Shown: piece after piece, positions 10,851 through 20,270 of the stretch
Numbering within the stretch: the stretch's first letter is position 1
Layout: every line of letters starts with the position of its first letter
Assembly: GCA_963728565.1 (NCBI GenBank)
Contig: CAVSLC010000026.1
Span: 1-47,053, forward strand
Length of the DNA stretch: 47,053 nucleotides
Direction: 5' to 3'
From: an uncultured delta proteobacterium
GTDB taxonomy: Bacteria; Desulfobacterota; Binatia; UBA9968
Position numbers and translations under genes: made by a program
The notes under the pieces: generated by a model
The model's input: only the letters and a program-made list of their open reading frames with translations
The model's database searches: none
Told to the model about the DNA's origin: nothing

Positions 10851-11621
10851 TCAGCGCGTCAGCCGCTTGCGGATAAACGGGACGTGAATCAAATCTTCTT
10901 TGTAATTCTCGGTCATGGCGTAGAGGATCAGATTGATGCCGAGGTGAAACGCGTCCCGACGCTGTTCCTCTCCGCCTGGGGTGCAGGCGTTGGTCCATTT
11001 ACCCAACTGATCGCGTTCCCAGGCGCCGGCCAGGTTGTTCTGACAATAGACAACGGGAGTGGAACTGCCGACCGTCAAGCCCTCCAGAGTGGGGCTGACG
11101 ATTCTAACGCCGCCGATGCGGCGCAGAAGATAGTAGCTCCTCAGCGCCGCGTGGCCATTGGGCAGCCGTTTGAACTCGTTGCCTGGAAAAACTCGCTGCA
11201 TCTCCCGCCTTATGGATTTGTCGAAGCCGTAACCCTGTTGACCCAAACCGTCATCGATCAAGAGAAAACCGCCGAATGAGAGAAATAACCGCAGGGTCTC
11301 GATCTCCTCAGCGGTAAACGGCTCGAATTCGTATCTGCCGGTGATGTAGAGAAACGGATAATTAAAAAGATCCTGGTCGGTAAGATTGACTTCGTGCCTG
11401 GCGCCGGCTGCTTCTACGCTGGTGCGCTGCATCAGCTCTTCCATCAACGGAGTAACCGATAGCGGATGCGGGTTCCAGTCGCCGCCGCGGTATTTGATCT
11501 GGGCAAAAACGAATTGCGTCGGGGTTTTGCCTTTCGGATGGCTGGCGCTGGCGACCGCCGGCAACAGCCCGGCAGTTACCAGAGTTTTAGAAAGAATGAA
11601 AAGAAAATCTCGCCTGTGCAT
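10851..11621 (-). CDS. DUF4159 domain protein with Tat-type signal peptide
   Basis: MHRRDFL twin-arginine motif; GGDWN, LFNYPFLYITG, FLSFGGFLLIDD, GINLILYAMT. Confidence 0.85.
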   Translation of the reverse strand: MHRRDFLFILSKTLVTAGLLPAVASASHPKGKTPTQFVFAQIKYRGGDWNPHPLSVTPLMEELMQRTSVEAAGARHEVNLTDQDLFNYPFLYITGRYEFEPFTAEEIETLRLFLSFGGFLLIDDGLGQQGYGFDKSIRREMQRVFPGNEFKRLPNGHAALRSYYLLRRIGGVRIVSPTLEGLTVGSSTPVVYCQNNLAGAWERDQLGKWTNACTPGGEEQRRDAFHLGINLILYAMTENYKEDLIHVPFIRKRLTR

Positions 11622-11652
11622 AAGCAATCGATTCTCCGCAGCAAGAAGAAAA

Positions 11653-13746
11653 CTAAATGCGTTGAGCGAACCAGCCTTCCAACAAAAGGGTCGCGAGCAA
11701 GAGCCCGAGCAGTGGCAGCGCAAGATCTCTCCGAGTTCCGCCCTGTCGCAGGGTTTCGATGGGAACCACGTCGGCCCGAACCGGGCTGAGTTTGGCTTGC
11801 AGTTCACGCTCGCTGATCTCCTCCAGGCGGGATTCGAGAAACGGCGGGTTGACCGCGTACAACCGCGGTGTGCCGCTTTCCTGATTTCCGCCCGTTAGAG
11901 CTAGCTGGTAGATGCCCGAGAGATCGTTGTCTTCAAAAGAACCGGAGGCGCGATCTTGCGCCGCGCTCATTACAACTTCGGCCGGTTGCTTGTTGGGCTT
12001 GGTAACGCGAATCGTTTTGCCGACATAACCGGGCGGCAAGGAGAGCTCTTTGACATCACCGACGCTGATTCCACCATCGAGGAGGCCGCGTTTGCCGCCG
12101 GCGAGGTAGTTTGTCAGCGAATGAATCATCGGCAGATAGGCGGTTTTGACCGGCAGATCGCTCCAGTCCCGGTCCGCCGTGGTGGTGATGAACATAACCC
12201 GGCCGGAGCCCACTTTGTGTTCGATCAGGAGCGGATCGCCGTTTGCCAGCGACATCAACACGGATTTGCCGGACGCCGAGACTCGAGAATATCCCCAGAC
12301 CCGCGCCGACTTGATCGACTCCTGCAAAAGGTTGTCTGAAAGACTTTGCAGCGCCGGATGGGTTAATTCCAGCTTGCCGATTTTTTCTCCGCTAGCTTCC
12401 AAACCCTGCTTCTTGTCGCGTATGGGTGTTTGGAGGATCTGGGCCAGCTTGGCGTTGTAGTGATCAGCTTGCAGCCGGTCGCCGCCGAAAATCAACAGAC
12501 CGCCGCCGCCGCGCAGATAATTCTGCAGTTTGGCGACAAACGCATCGGTTAAGGCGGCGACGTTGCACAAGACAATTACCTGATAGCCGTCCAAGGCGGC
12601 CGCGCTCAACCCTTCAGGAATGATCACGGTGGGCAAGTACGGTGACGAGTCGCTCTCGCCGGAGGGGTTGAGCGCGCGGGTCAGAAAAAACGTTTCGCTC
12701 TGGACCAATGATGTCTGCGGATCGCCGTCGACGACCAGGACCCTTAGCTGATCCTGAGCGTGCACGCCGAAATGCAGCGAAGCATTGCCGGCCAGCCCGT
12801 CTTTTTTGATGGTCAATTGTCCGGCATGCGATCCCGCTTGAGACAAGCGAGTTTGCAGGGTAACCGTGGCATCCCCTCTGGGTGGAACCGACGTGAGTTT
12901 TTGGTCTTTGTTTTGTCCGTCTATGCTCAGTTGCACGAGCAGATCCTTGATTTCCTGATCACTGAAGTTTGCCACGACGGCTTCGAGGTGCAGCGGCAAA
13001 TCGACACCGATGCCCTGTCCGGCGGCACGGATCTCTTTGACCGCTACGTTCAGCGGTTTCTGTTTGCTGCCGACGCGGATCGCCTTGACTGGGATTGCCG
13101 GATCAACCTGCTTCAGTGAAGACATCGAAAAATTGTCCCAGCCGGTGAGACCGAGATCGCTGATCAGGCGAATTTCCTTTTGTCCGGCGGGTTCGCCCAA
13201 GATCTCATAAGCCTTGCCGAGAGCGGTCGAATAATCAGCGGTGCCCTCGGCAATTGCTATTTGATCGAGCTCCTTTAGCAGAACATCTTTTTCGAGCTTG
13301 AGACGGATCGGTTCTTTGCCGGAAATGCTGGTGGGAATGATTGCGGCGCGGTCGTTGTCGCCGAGCGAGGTGATCAATAGCCGCGCCGCTTCTTTGGCTT
13401 GCTTGAATCCTATGCCGTCGCCGCTCCACGTCATGCTCAGCGAATTATCCAGCAAAATCACCAACGAAACCGGGCCTCCGCCGGCGAACAAGCCGGCGCC
13501 GGTTTGAAAAATCGGATTGGCAAGCAGCAATGCTAGCAGCACCACGGCCATGGTTCTTAGCGCCAGCAGGATCCAATGACGCAGCCGGTAACTGCGCGAG
13601 ATACGCTTTTGCGACATCAGGATAAAACGCACCGCGGGAAAGCGGATGCGGTTTAGCTTGCGGCGGTTGAGCAAGTGAATCAGCAGCGGTAAGGAGGCTG
13701 CGATCAGACCAAAAAGGAAGATCGGGTAGAGAAAAAAGACCGACAT
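11653..13746 (-). CDS. BatA N-terminal domain / vWA protein
   Basis: PLLIHLLNRRK..IRFPAVRF BatA motif, LDNSLSM MIDAS, LISD, VLVVDG, WSDLP, C-terminal TM helix. Confidence 0.88.
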   Translation of the reverse strand: MSVFFLYPIFLFGLIAASLPLLIHLLNRRKLNRIRFPAVRFILMSQKRISRSYRLRHWILLALRTMAVVLLALLLANPIFQTGAGLFAGGGPVSLVILLDNSLSMTWSGDGIGFKQAKEAARLLITSLGDNDRAAIIPTSISGKEPIRLKLEKDVLLKELDQIAIAEGTADYSTALGKAYEILGEPAGQKEIRLISDLGLTGWDNFSMSSLKQVDPAIPVKAIRVGSKQKPLNVAVKEIRAAGQGIGVDLPLHLEAVVANFSDQEIKDLLVQLSIDGQNKDQKLTSVPPRGDATVTLQTRLSQAGSHAGQLTIKKDGLAGNASLHFGVHAQDQLRVLVVDGDPQTSLVQSETFFLTRALNPSGESDSSPYLPTVIIPEGLSAAALDGYQVIVLCNVAALTDAFVAKLQNYLRGGGGLLIFGGDRLQADHYNAKLAQILQTPIRDKKQGLEASGEKIGKLELTHPALQSLSDNLLQESIKSARVWGYSRVSASGKSVLMSLANGDPLLIEHKVGSGRVMFITTTADRDWSDLPVKTAYLPMIHSLTNYLAGGKRGLLDGGISVGDVKELSLPPGYVGKTIRVTKPNKQPAEVVMSAAQDRASGSFEDNDLSGIYQLALTGGNQESGTPRLYAVNPPFLESRLEEISERELQAKLSPVRADVVPIETLRQGGTRRDLALPLLGLLLATLLLEGWFAQRI

Positions 13747-13753
13747 CGGCAGC

Positions 13754-14647
13754 TCATTCCCTCCAGCTCAAGTAACTGGCCAGCGCCCGGTCTAATGGGG
13801 TCGATGTAGAGATGAGCTGATAATCGATGGAGCTATCGTGGCACTCCTTGCGCATCTGTTCGGTGAACTCTTCGACGACTTTCCGGTAGGTTTGGCGAAT
13901 CGCGCGCGGATCGGCGATCACGTTGAGATTAGCGGCTTCCAGGTCCTCGAACAAAATGTTGCCTTCAAACGGCAGATCGAGCTCGGCTTGGTCGAGAATA
14001 TGAAAGACGATGACATCGTTGCCTTTGAAGCGGAACAAGCGCAAGCCTTTGAGGATCTGCGCCGGTTCGTCCAGCAGATCGGAGACAAGAACTACGATGC
14101 CACGCCGTCTAATCTGGCCGGCGATCTCTTCGAGAATTCTGCCGACGTTGGTTTCGCCGCCGGGCCGATGGTTTTCAAGCGCGTGAACGATTTGGGTCAG
14201 GTAATCGCGCTTGGCGCGCGGCGGTATGACATTTTCGATGCGGTTTGAAAAGGTCACCAGACCGGCGGCATCTTGCTGCCGCAGGATGAGATAGGCGAGC
14301 GAAGCGGTGAGGGTGCAACCGTAATCGAATTTGGTGATGCCATCGGACGAGTAATCCATCGAGGCGCTGGTATCGAGTAGAAGATAGGCCCGCAGGTTGG
14401 TTTCGTCTTCGTATTCCTTGATGAAATAGCGGTCGAATTTTCCCAGCGCCTTCCAATCGATGCGCCGAATCTCGTCGCCCGGAGAATATTCGCGATGCTC
14501 TTCGAACTCTACGCTGAACCCTTTGGAGCGGCTGCGGTGAATGCCGGACATGATACCTTCCACCACCCATCGCGCCCGCAGTGAGAGATTGGATATCCCG
14601 GCCAAAACCTTCGGATCAAAGTATTTTTTCTGCCCATTGGCGATCAC
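13754..14647 (-). CDS. DUF58 protein (MoxR-associated)
   Basis: GIHRSRSKGFSVEFEEHREYSPGDEIRRIDWK, LLDTSASM, LVSDLLD. Confidence 0.93.
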   Translation of the reverse strand: MIANGQKKYFDPKVLAGISNLSLRARWVVEGIMSGIHRSRSKGFSVEFEEHREYSPGDEIRRIDWKALGKFDRYFIKEYEDETNLRAYLLLDTSASMDYSSDGITKFDYGCTLTASLAYLILRQQDAAGLVTFSNRIENVIPPRAKRDYLTQIVHALENHRPGGETNVGRILEEIAGQIRRRGIVVLVSDLLDEPAQILKGLRLFRFKGNDVIVFHILDQAELDLPFEGNILFEDLEAANLNVIADPRAIRQTYRKVVEEFTEQMRKECHDSSIDYQLISTSTPLDRALASYLSWRE

Positions 14648-15168
14648 GTTGCTCCACCTTTACCACCGCGGAAAAATATAATCTAGCCAGCTTCTCAAGC
14701 TCGGTTCGGTGGCGCAGACTGCCGGTTTTGGGGGTATTTTCCCCCGGCTAGGAGCGGCTCTGGCTGTGGCTCGCACGAATCGCCTGATCGGCCGAACCAA
14801 TCGATTTGAGATGATAACCGTAGCCGCGCGGGTCTTAGATGCGGATGCGTTAAGGCGGCAACGTTTCACATGATCGCGCCGGATGGCGCGCCCTCTTACC
14901 AGAACGTTATTGATTCGCCGCCGGAGTATCGTTTAGGTGACCATAGGAGGCGGTCCTGAGATCCTGAGGATCGTTTCCTAGTATTACCAATGTTTCGATC
15001 TTTGCCACGGCATTGATCTGCCGTTGCTGTCGCGGAGCTTTTGTTTGCCGACGATCCCAAAGCATCCGGTCGTGGCGGTGTTGAGACGCCTGCTTCTAAC
15101 CCGGAAACGTTCGCAACCTGCCTTGATCAATCCTTTTATAGTTATAGGCTCAGGAAGGAGGGCAAATT

Positions 15169-15564
15169 ATGAAAGGTTATGTGACAAACATTGAAGACGA
15201 TACGTTGAAAAACAAAGATTTCAGGCGAGTCTTATATACCGGAAAAAATTCACAGCTGGTTTTGATGAGCCTTCGGCCAAAGGAGGAGATTGGCGAAGAA
15301 ACTCACACGCTGGATCAGTTCATCCGGGTGGAAGCCGGCAGCGGTGTTGCGGTGTTGGACGGAGTGGAGCATGAGATTTCCGACGGAACGGCTGTGGTTA
15401 TCCCGGCCGGCACAAAACACAACGTCATCAATAATTCAGAGCGAGACGCATTAAAGCTTTATACGATTTATTCTCCGCCTGAGCATCGCGACGGGACAAT
15501 CCATAAAACCAAAGCTGATGCGCTGGCGCACGAGGAACATTTTGACGGCAAGACGACTGAATAG
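15169..15564 (+). CDS. Cupin domain protein
   Basis: GGAGG RBS; FRRVLYTG, IGEETH, DQFIRVE, IPAGTKHNV, KLYTIYSPPEH. Confidence 0.9.
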   Translation: MKGYVTNIEDDTLKNKDFRRVLYTGKNSQLVLMSLRPKEEIGEETHTLDQFIRVEAGSGVAVLDGVEHEISDGTAVVIPAGTKHNVINNSERDALKLYTIYSPPEHRDGTIHKTKADALAHEEHFDGKTTE

Positions 15565-15595
15565 CCGAAGGTTGCGACCACGGCAGTTTCGAAAG

Positions 15596-15625
15596 TTCAC
15601 CACGAAGGTCGCGAAGGACACGAAG
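15596..15625 (+). repeat. Short 9-bp-period intergenic repeat
   Basis: TTCAC-CACGAAGGT-CGCGAAGGA-CACGAAG. Confidence 0.5.
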
Positions 15626-15974
15626 AAGTTAAAGCAAATTACTCACAAAATATTCCGCGAAGCTGCGTACTACTTTGTTGAAACTATTGCAGCTTGCGCA
15701 ATTCCGACGGCCATCCTAATGAGAAAGAGGATTTACTCGGACCGAGCGGCCGGGACGCCGAGTCGGGAAATTTATTTTTATCCTTAGCGCCTTTGCGTTC
15801 TGTGCGGAGATAATCCGTTTCGGCTGCCGCTCTGTTAATCGCCGGTTTGTGCTGAGAGAGACGCTTACTCGATTGGTTGTTGCGGTGATCGTGACCATAT
15901 CCAACACATGGATCGCTCAGAGCGCAGCATGATGCGTCCCTAGTGCTAGATGACCAGCCACCGGGAGAAATCCT

Positions 15975-17369
15975 ATGACAATTACTTATGACGCGGTGAT
16001 CATCGGCGCCGGACAGGCGGGGCCGCCCCTGGCCGTCCGGCTCGCCGGTGCCGGAAGGAAAGTCGCGATCGTCGAGCGCCACCAGTTTGGCGGCACCTGC
16101 GTCAACACCGGTTGCATCCCGACCAAGACCTTGATCGCCAGCGCCCGGGTGGCGCATATGGCGCGGCGCGCCATGGAATATGGCGTCGGCGTCGGCAGCT
16201 CGATCACTGTTGATATGAAACGAGTCAAAGAGCGCAAAGACGCTGTAGTGCGTCGCTCCAACGACGGTGTCGAGAAATGGCTAAGAGGCACTGAAAACCT
16301 GACTGTGTATCAAGCTCATGCGCGCTTTGAAGGGCCGCGCCAAGTTCGGATCGGCGATGAGATTGTCGAAGCAGGCCAGATTTTCATCAATGTTGGCGCG
16401 CGCGCGTTGGTACCGCCGCTGCCGGGACTCGATCAGGTGAGTTATTTCAACAACTCGACCATGATGAAAGTGGATTTTGTGCCGGAGCATCTAATCGTAG
16501 TCGGCGGCAGCTATGTGGGTTTGGAGTTTGGTCAGATGTACCGTCGCTTTGGCAGCGAAGTTACGATCGTCGAGATGGGACCGCGGCTGGTCCGGCGGGA
16601 AGACGAAGATGTTTCCGAAGCCATCAGAGAGATTCTACAAAATGAAAGCATCCATGTCCGGCTTGATGCCGAATGCATCGCCTTGGAAAAGCACGGCGAC
16701 AAGGTCGCTGTCGATCTCGATTGCAGCACGGGCGATAAAAAAGTCATCGGCTCGCATCTGCTCCTCGCCGTCGGCCGCGTGCCCAACACCGACGATCTCG
16801 GCCTGGATAAGGCCGGTGTCGCCGTCGATCGACGCGGTTACGTTCAGGTCGACGATCAGCTTTGCACCAACGTTCCTGGCATCTACGCGCTCGGTGACTG
16901 CAACGGCCGGGGAGCTTTTACGCATACGTCATACAACGACTATGAGATCGTCGCCGGCAACCTTCTGGACAATGACAGGCGGCGGGTAAGCGACCGTATC
17001 ACCGCTTATGCGCTCTATACCGATCCGCCGCTGGGGCGGGCCGGGATGACAGAATCGGCAGTGCGCGAAGCGGGGCGCAAAGCGTTGATGGCGACACGGC
17101 CGATGACCCGGGTTGGCCGCGCGGTGGAGAAAGGCGAGACCCAGGGATTCTTGAAAATCCTGGTGGACGCGGAGACCAAGGAAATTCTCGGCGCATCGCT
17201 GCTGGGCATCGAATGCGATGAAGTGATTCATTCGATTCTCGACGTGATGTATGCCAAAGCGCCCTATACGGTTATCCAGCGCGCCATGCACATTCATCCT
17301 ACGATCACAGAATTGATTCCGACTCTTCTCGGCGAGCTCAAACCTATGGACCCATCTATGAATAGCTAA
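15975..17369 (+). CDS. Class I pyridine nucleotide-disulfide oxidoreductase (mercuric reductase-like/RclA-like)
   Basis: GAGQAG, GGTCVNTGCIPTK redox disulfide, GGSYVGLE, HIHPT. No C-terminal Cys pair. Confidence 0.9.
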   Translation: MTITYDAVIIGAGQAGPPLAVRLAGAGRKVAIVERHQFGGTCVNTGCIPTKTLIASARVAHMARRAMEYGVGVGSSITVDMKRVKERKDAVVRRSNDGVEKWLRGTENLTVYQAHARFEGPRQVRIGDEIVEAGQIFINVGARALVPPLPGLDQVSYFNNSTMMKVDFVPEHLIVVGGSYVGLEFGQMYRRFGSEVTIVEMGPRLVRREDEDVSEAIREILQNESIHVRLDAECIALEKHGDKVAVDLDCSTGDKKVIGSHLLLAVGRVPNTDDLGLDKAGVAVDRRGYVQVDDQLCTNVPGIYALGDCNGRGAFTHTSYNDYEIVAGNLLDNDRRRVSDRITAYALYTDPPLGRAGMTESAVREAGRKALMATRPMTRVGRAVEKGETQGFLKILVDAETKEILGASLLGIECDEVIHSILDVMYAKAPYTVIQRAMHIHPTITELIPTLLGELKPMDPSMNS

Positions 17370-17398
17370 ACTGTCGGTTAGACTAGAAGGAGAAAACC

Positions 17399-18067
17399 AT
17401 GGCACCCACAAGTAGACCAGATCAACTCTCTGAAGAGATGATCGATGCGACTTTGGCGGATAGCTTTCCCGCGAGCGATCCGCCGTCATGGACACTGGGC
17501 CGCGATCGTAACGAGCAAGAAAAAATCGCCGGCGCCGCAGCCACCCAAACGTCAAAAATAGATGACAAGGAGAAGTTTATTATGAAAACAAATATCGACC
17601 TTTCGGAGGAACAACGTACCGGTGTTGTGAAGATCCTGAACAGCGTGTTGTCTGATGAGTATCTTCTCTACACCAAAACCCGAAACTACCATTGGAACGT
17701 CACCGGACCGCAGTTCCACGACCTGCACAAGTTTTTTGAGGAGCAATATACCGAACTCAGTGAAATCGTCGATCAGGTCGCGGAACGCGGGCGCTCTCTT
17801 GACGGTTGGGCATTCGGTACCATGAGCGAATTCTCCCAGCACACCAGGCTCAAGGAACACCCGGGCCACTATCCCAGGGCGCGCGAGATGATTGCTAACC
17901 TACTAGCCGACCATGAGGCAGTCATCCGGCAGTTGCGCGGCGATCTGGAGACCTGCGCCGACAAATATCATGACATGGGGACCAACGATTTTCTTACAGG
18001 CTTGATGGAACAGCACGAAAAGATGGCCTGGATGTTAAGAGCATTTCTGCAAGCCGAATCAGTTTAG
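17399..18067 (+). CDS. dps: Dps (DNA starvation/stationary-phase protection protein); core starts at ATG 17582 with an in-frame 61-aa upstream extension
   Basis: LYTKTRNYHWNVTGPQFHDLHKFFEEQY, DQVAER, HEKMAWML. Both ATGs have an AAGGAG RBS. Confidence 0.9.
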   Translation: MAPTSRPDQLSEEMIDATLADSFPASDPPSWTLGRDRNEQEKIAGAAATQTSKIDDKEKFIMKTNIDLSEEQRTGVVKILNSVLSDEYLLYTKTRNYHWNVTGPQFHDLHKFFEEQYTELSEIVDQVAERGRSLDGWAFGTMSEFSQHTRLKEHPGHYPRAREMIANLLADHEAVIRQLRGDLETCADKYHDMGTNDFLTGLMEQHEKMAWMLRAFLQAESV

Positions 18068-18164
18068 TCCAGGTTCCGAGCATTTGGATCAGCTTTCACT
18101 GATTGCCGGATCAATCTTGACGCTATACGGTCGAAGAATTTCAAAAACAAAGGAGGGATTATCG

Positions 18165-18788
18165 ATGGCGACAAATGAGGCGTATCAAGCCAAGCAGTTC
18201 AAACTGAGCGGTCTTCAAGGGATTTCCGATCAAACCCTCGAGATGCACTTCAAACTCTATGAGGGCTACGTTAAAGAAACCAACCGGCTGACAGAAAAGA
18301 TCTCGGAGTTGTTAAAAGACGGGCAGGTCGATCAGGAGGAGATGCCGGCTTATTCAGAGCTCACCCGCCGTCTGGGTTTCGAATATAACGGCATGGTGCT
18401 GCATGAGTACTATTTCGGCAACATGACCAAAGGTGGATCGGGTGATCCAGGCAAGCAGTCGGCTTTTTATAAAGCGGCCGAGACCGGCTTTGGCAGCTAT
18501 GATATCTGGAAAGCCGACTTTGTCAGCATCGGTAAAATGCGCGGTGTCGGCTGGGCCATCTGCTTTCAGGATCCAAAACGCGGCCGGCTCAGCAATCAGT
18601 GGGTAACCTTACATGAGATCGGCAATGTTGCGGGATTCGAGCCGGTGCTGGTGATGGACGTATGGGAACACGCGTTTCTGCTCGATTACAAGCCCGCTGA
18701 ACGGCCCAAATACATCGAGGCATTTTTCGCAAACATCGACTGGAAGGCCGTCGAAGAGCGCCTCCAAGGCGATTTCAAAAAGACATAG
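18165..18788 (+). CDS. Fe/Mn-family superoxide dismutase
   Basis: GGAGG RBS; EMHFKLYEGY, LHEYYF, DVWEHAF metal-ligand motifs. Confidence 0.88.
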   Translation: MATNEAYQAKQFKLSGLQGISDQTLEMHFKLYEGYVKETNRLTEKISELLKDGQVDQEEMPAYSELTRRLGFEYNGMVLHEYYFGNMTKGGSGDPGKQSAFYKAAETGFGSYDIWKADFVSIGKMRGVGWAICFQDPKRGRLSNQWVTLHEIGNVAGFEPVLVMDVWEHAFLLDYKPAERPKYIEAFFANIDWKAVEERLQGDFKKT

Positions 18789-19021
18789 ATCCGATGAAGA
18801 TATCCTTCGGAATAATTCATAGCGGTGCTTCGCGCCGGTCTTGGATCGCGAACAATTCCGATGATACGGCTGCTATGATCTAGCGCTACGCATTCGTGAA
18901 AGTCGCGCCGCATTGCTTGGCCGATCGGCTGTTCTCATTCCTCTAGCTTAGCGGGCAATGCGGCGCGCGCTCGATGATACGGCGATCAGACAAACAATTC
19001 GAGTCGATCGGGAGAGACTCG

Positions 19022-20257
19022 ATGGAACCCATATCCGCGGACGCCTCCACCTCATATCCCCGGCTGCTGCGATTGATTTTAGCGATCCTCATTCTCCTTA
19101 GTTCGTCAGTCCTGAGCGGCTGCGATCGAGAAAGCCGGGGTGTAAGTTCAGACACTGCCGGGAAAACAGAAACTGCCCCGCCAACCGAAGTCAGCGCTAT
19201 TACCATCGCGCCAAAAACTCTGCCGGTTACGTTTGAAGCCGTCGGGCAAACCGAGGGCTCCCGGGAAGTCGAAGTGCGAGCTCGAGTCGGGGGAATCCTG
19301 CTGCGCCGTTTTTACAACGAGGGCAGCTGGGTGAAGCAGGGCACTGCGTTGTTTAAGATCGATCCGGCGCCTTACGAAGCGGCGCTCAACAAGCTCAACG
19401 GAACATTGGAGCAGGAGGAAGCGCAGCTCGAGAAGGCCAAGCGGGATGAAGCGCGCCTGAAGCCTTTATTTGCTGAAAACGCCGTCAGCCGAAAGGACTA
19501 CGAAGATGCGGTATCGGCGCGGGAGACAGCGCAGGCCAGAGTTCAGTCGGCCCGCGCCGGCGTCACCGAAGCGCAACTCAATCTCGACTACACAAACGTT
19601 CAAGCGCCGATCAACGGCGTCACCGGGCGCGCCGAAAAATCGGACGGCAGCCTGGTAGCGGCCGGCGCGGACTTGCTGACTAGAATATCGCAGGTAGATC
19701 CAATCTACGCCAACTTCAGCTACTCTGAAAATGCCATGCTGCGCATCCGCGACGAAGTAGCGGCGAAACAGCTCGCATTGCCGCCGAAAAACGAGTTCAA
19801 GGTGGAGCTAAAGCTGGCAGACGGCGGCAATTATCCCGCCATGGGCAAGGTGAATTTCAATGATTTTAGGGTGCAGGCGGGGACCGGCACCATCCAGGTC
19901 CGCGCGGTCTTTCCTAATCCCAAGAGAACCTTGCTTCCCGGCCAGTTCGTGCGCGTGATCTTACACGGTGCAAGCCGCCCGGAGGCGATCTTGATCCCCC
20001 AGCAGGCGGCCCTGACCGGTCCAAAGGGAAAGTTCGTATATGTCGTCAACGCAGAAGGTAAGACGGAGTCACGTCCAATCGAGACGGGAGAATGGAGAGA
20101 GGATCAGTTCCTGGTAACGTCAGGCCTCAGTTCCGGCGAGCGAGTACTCGTGAGCGGCATCATGAAGCTACAGCCGGGTATGCCGGTGAAGGTCGTCGAG
20201 GCCGGCGTCAGTCCCGCATCTCGAGCGCGGCCCGATAAACAAGTTAAACAGCAGTGA
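19022..20257 (+). CDS. RND efflux periplasmic adaptor (MFP, AcrA/MexA-like)
   Basis: LSGC lipobox; [37 protein letters not shown]. Confidence 0.93.
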   Translation: MEPISADASTSYPRLLRLILAILILLSSSVLSGCDRESRGVSSDTAGKTETAPPTEVSAITIAPKTLPVTFEAVGQTEGSREVEVRARVGGILLRRFYNEGSWVKQGTALFKIDPAPYEAALNKLNGTLEQEEAQLEKAKRDEARLKPLFAENAVSRKDYEDAVSARETAQARVQSARAGVTEAQLNLDYTNVQAPINGVTGRAEKSDGSLVAAGADLLTRISQVDPIYANFSYSENAMLRIRDEVAAKQLALPPKNEFKVELKLADGGNYPAMGKVNFNDFRVQAGTGTIQVRAVFPNPKRTLLPGQFVRVILHGASRPEAILIPQQAALTGPKGKFVYVVNAEGKTESRPIETGEWREDQFLVTSGLSSGERVLVSGIMKLQPGMPVKVVEAGVSPASRARPDKQVKQQ

Positions 20258-20270
20258 GATTGAGATAAGA

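Noticed and set aside
14660-14869. Arg-rich ORF upstream of DUF58 as a MoxR remnant
   Set aside because: No Walker A/B or other MoxR motifs.
15975-17369. Mercuric reductase merA
   Set aside because: Lacks the C-terminal Cys-Cys pair and NmerA domain; no mer operon genes nearby.
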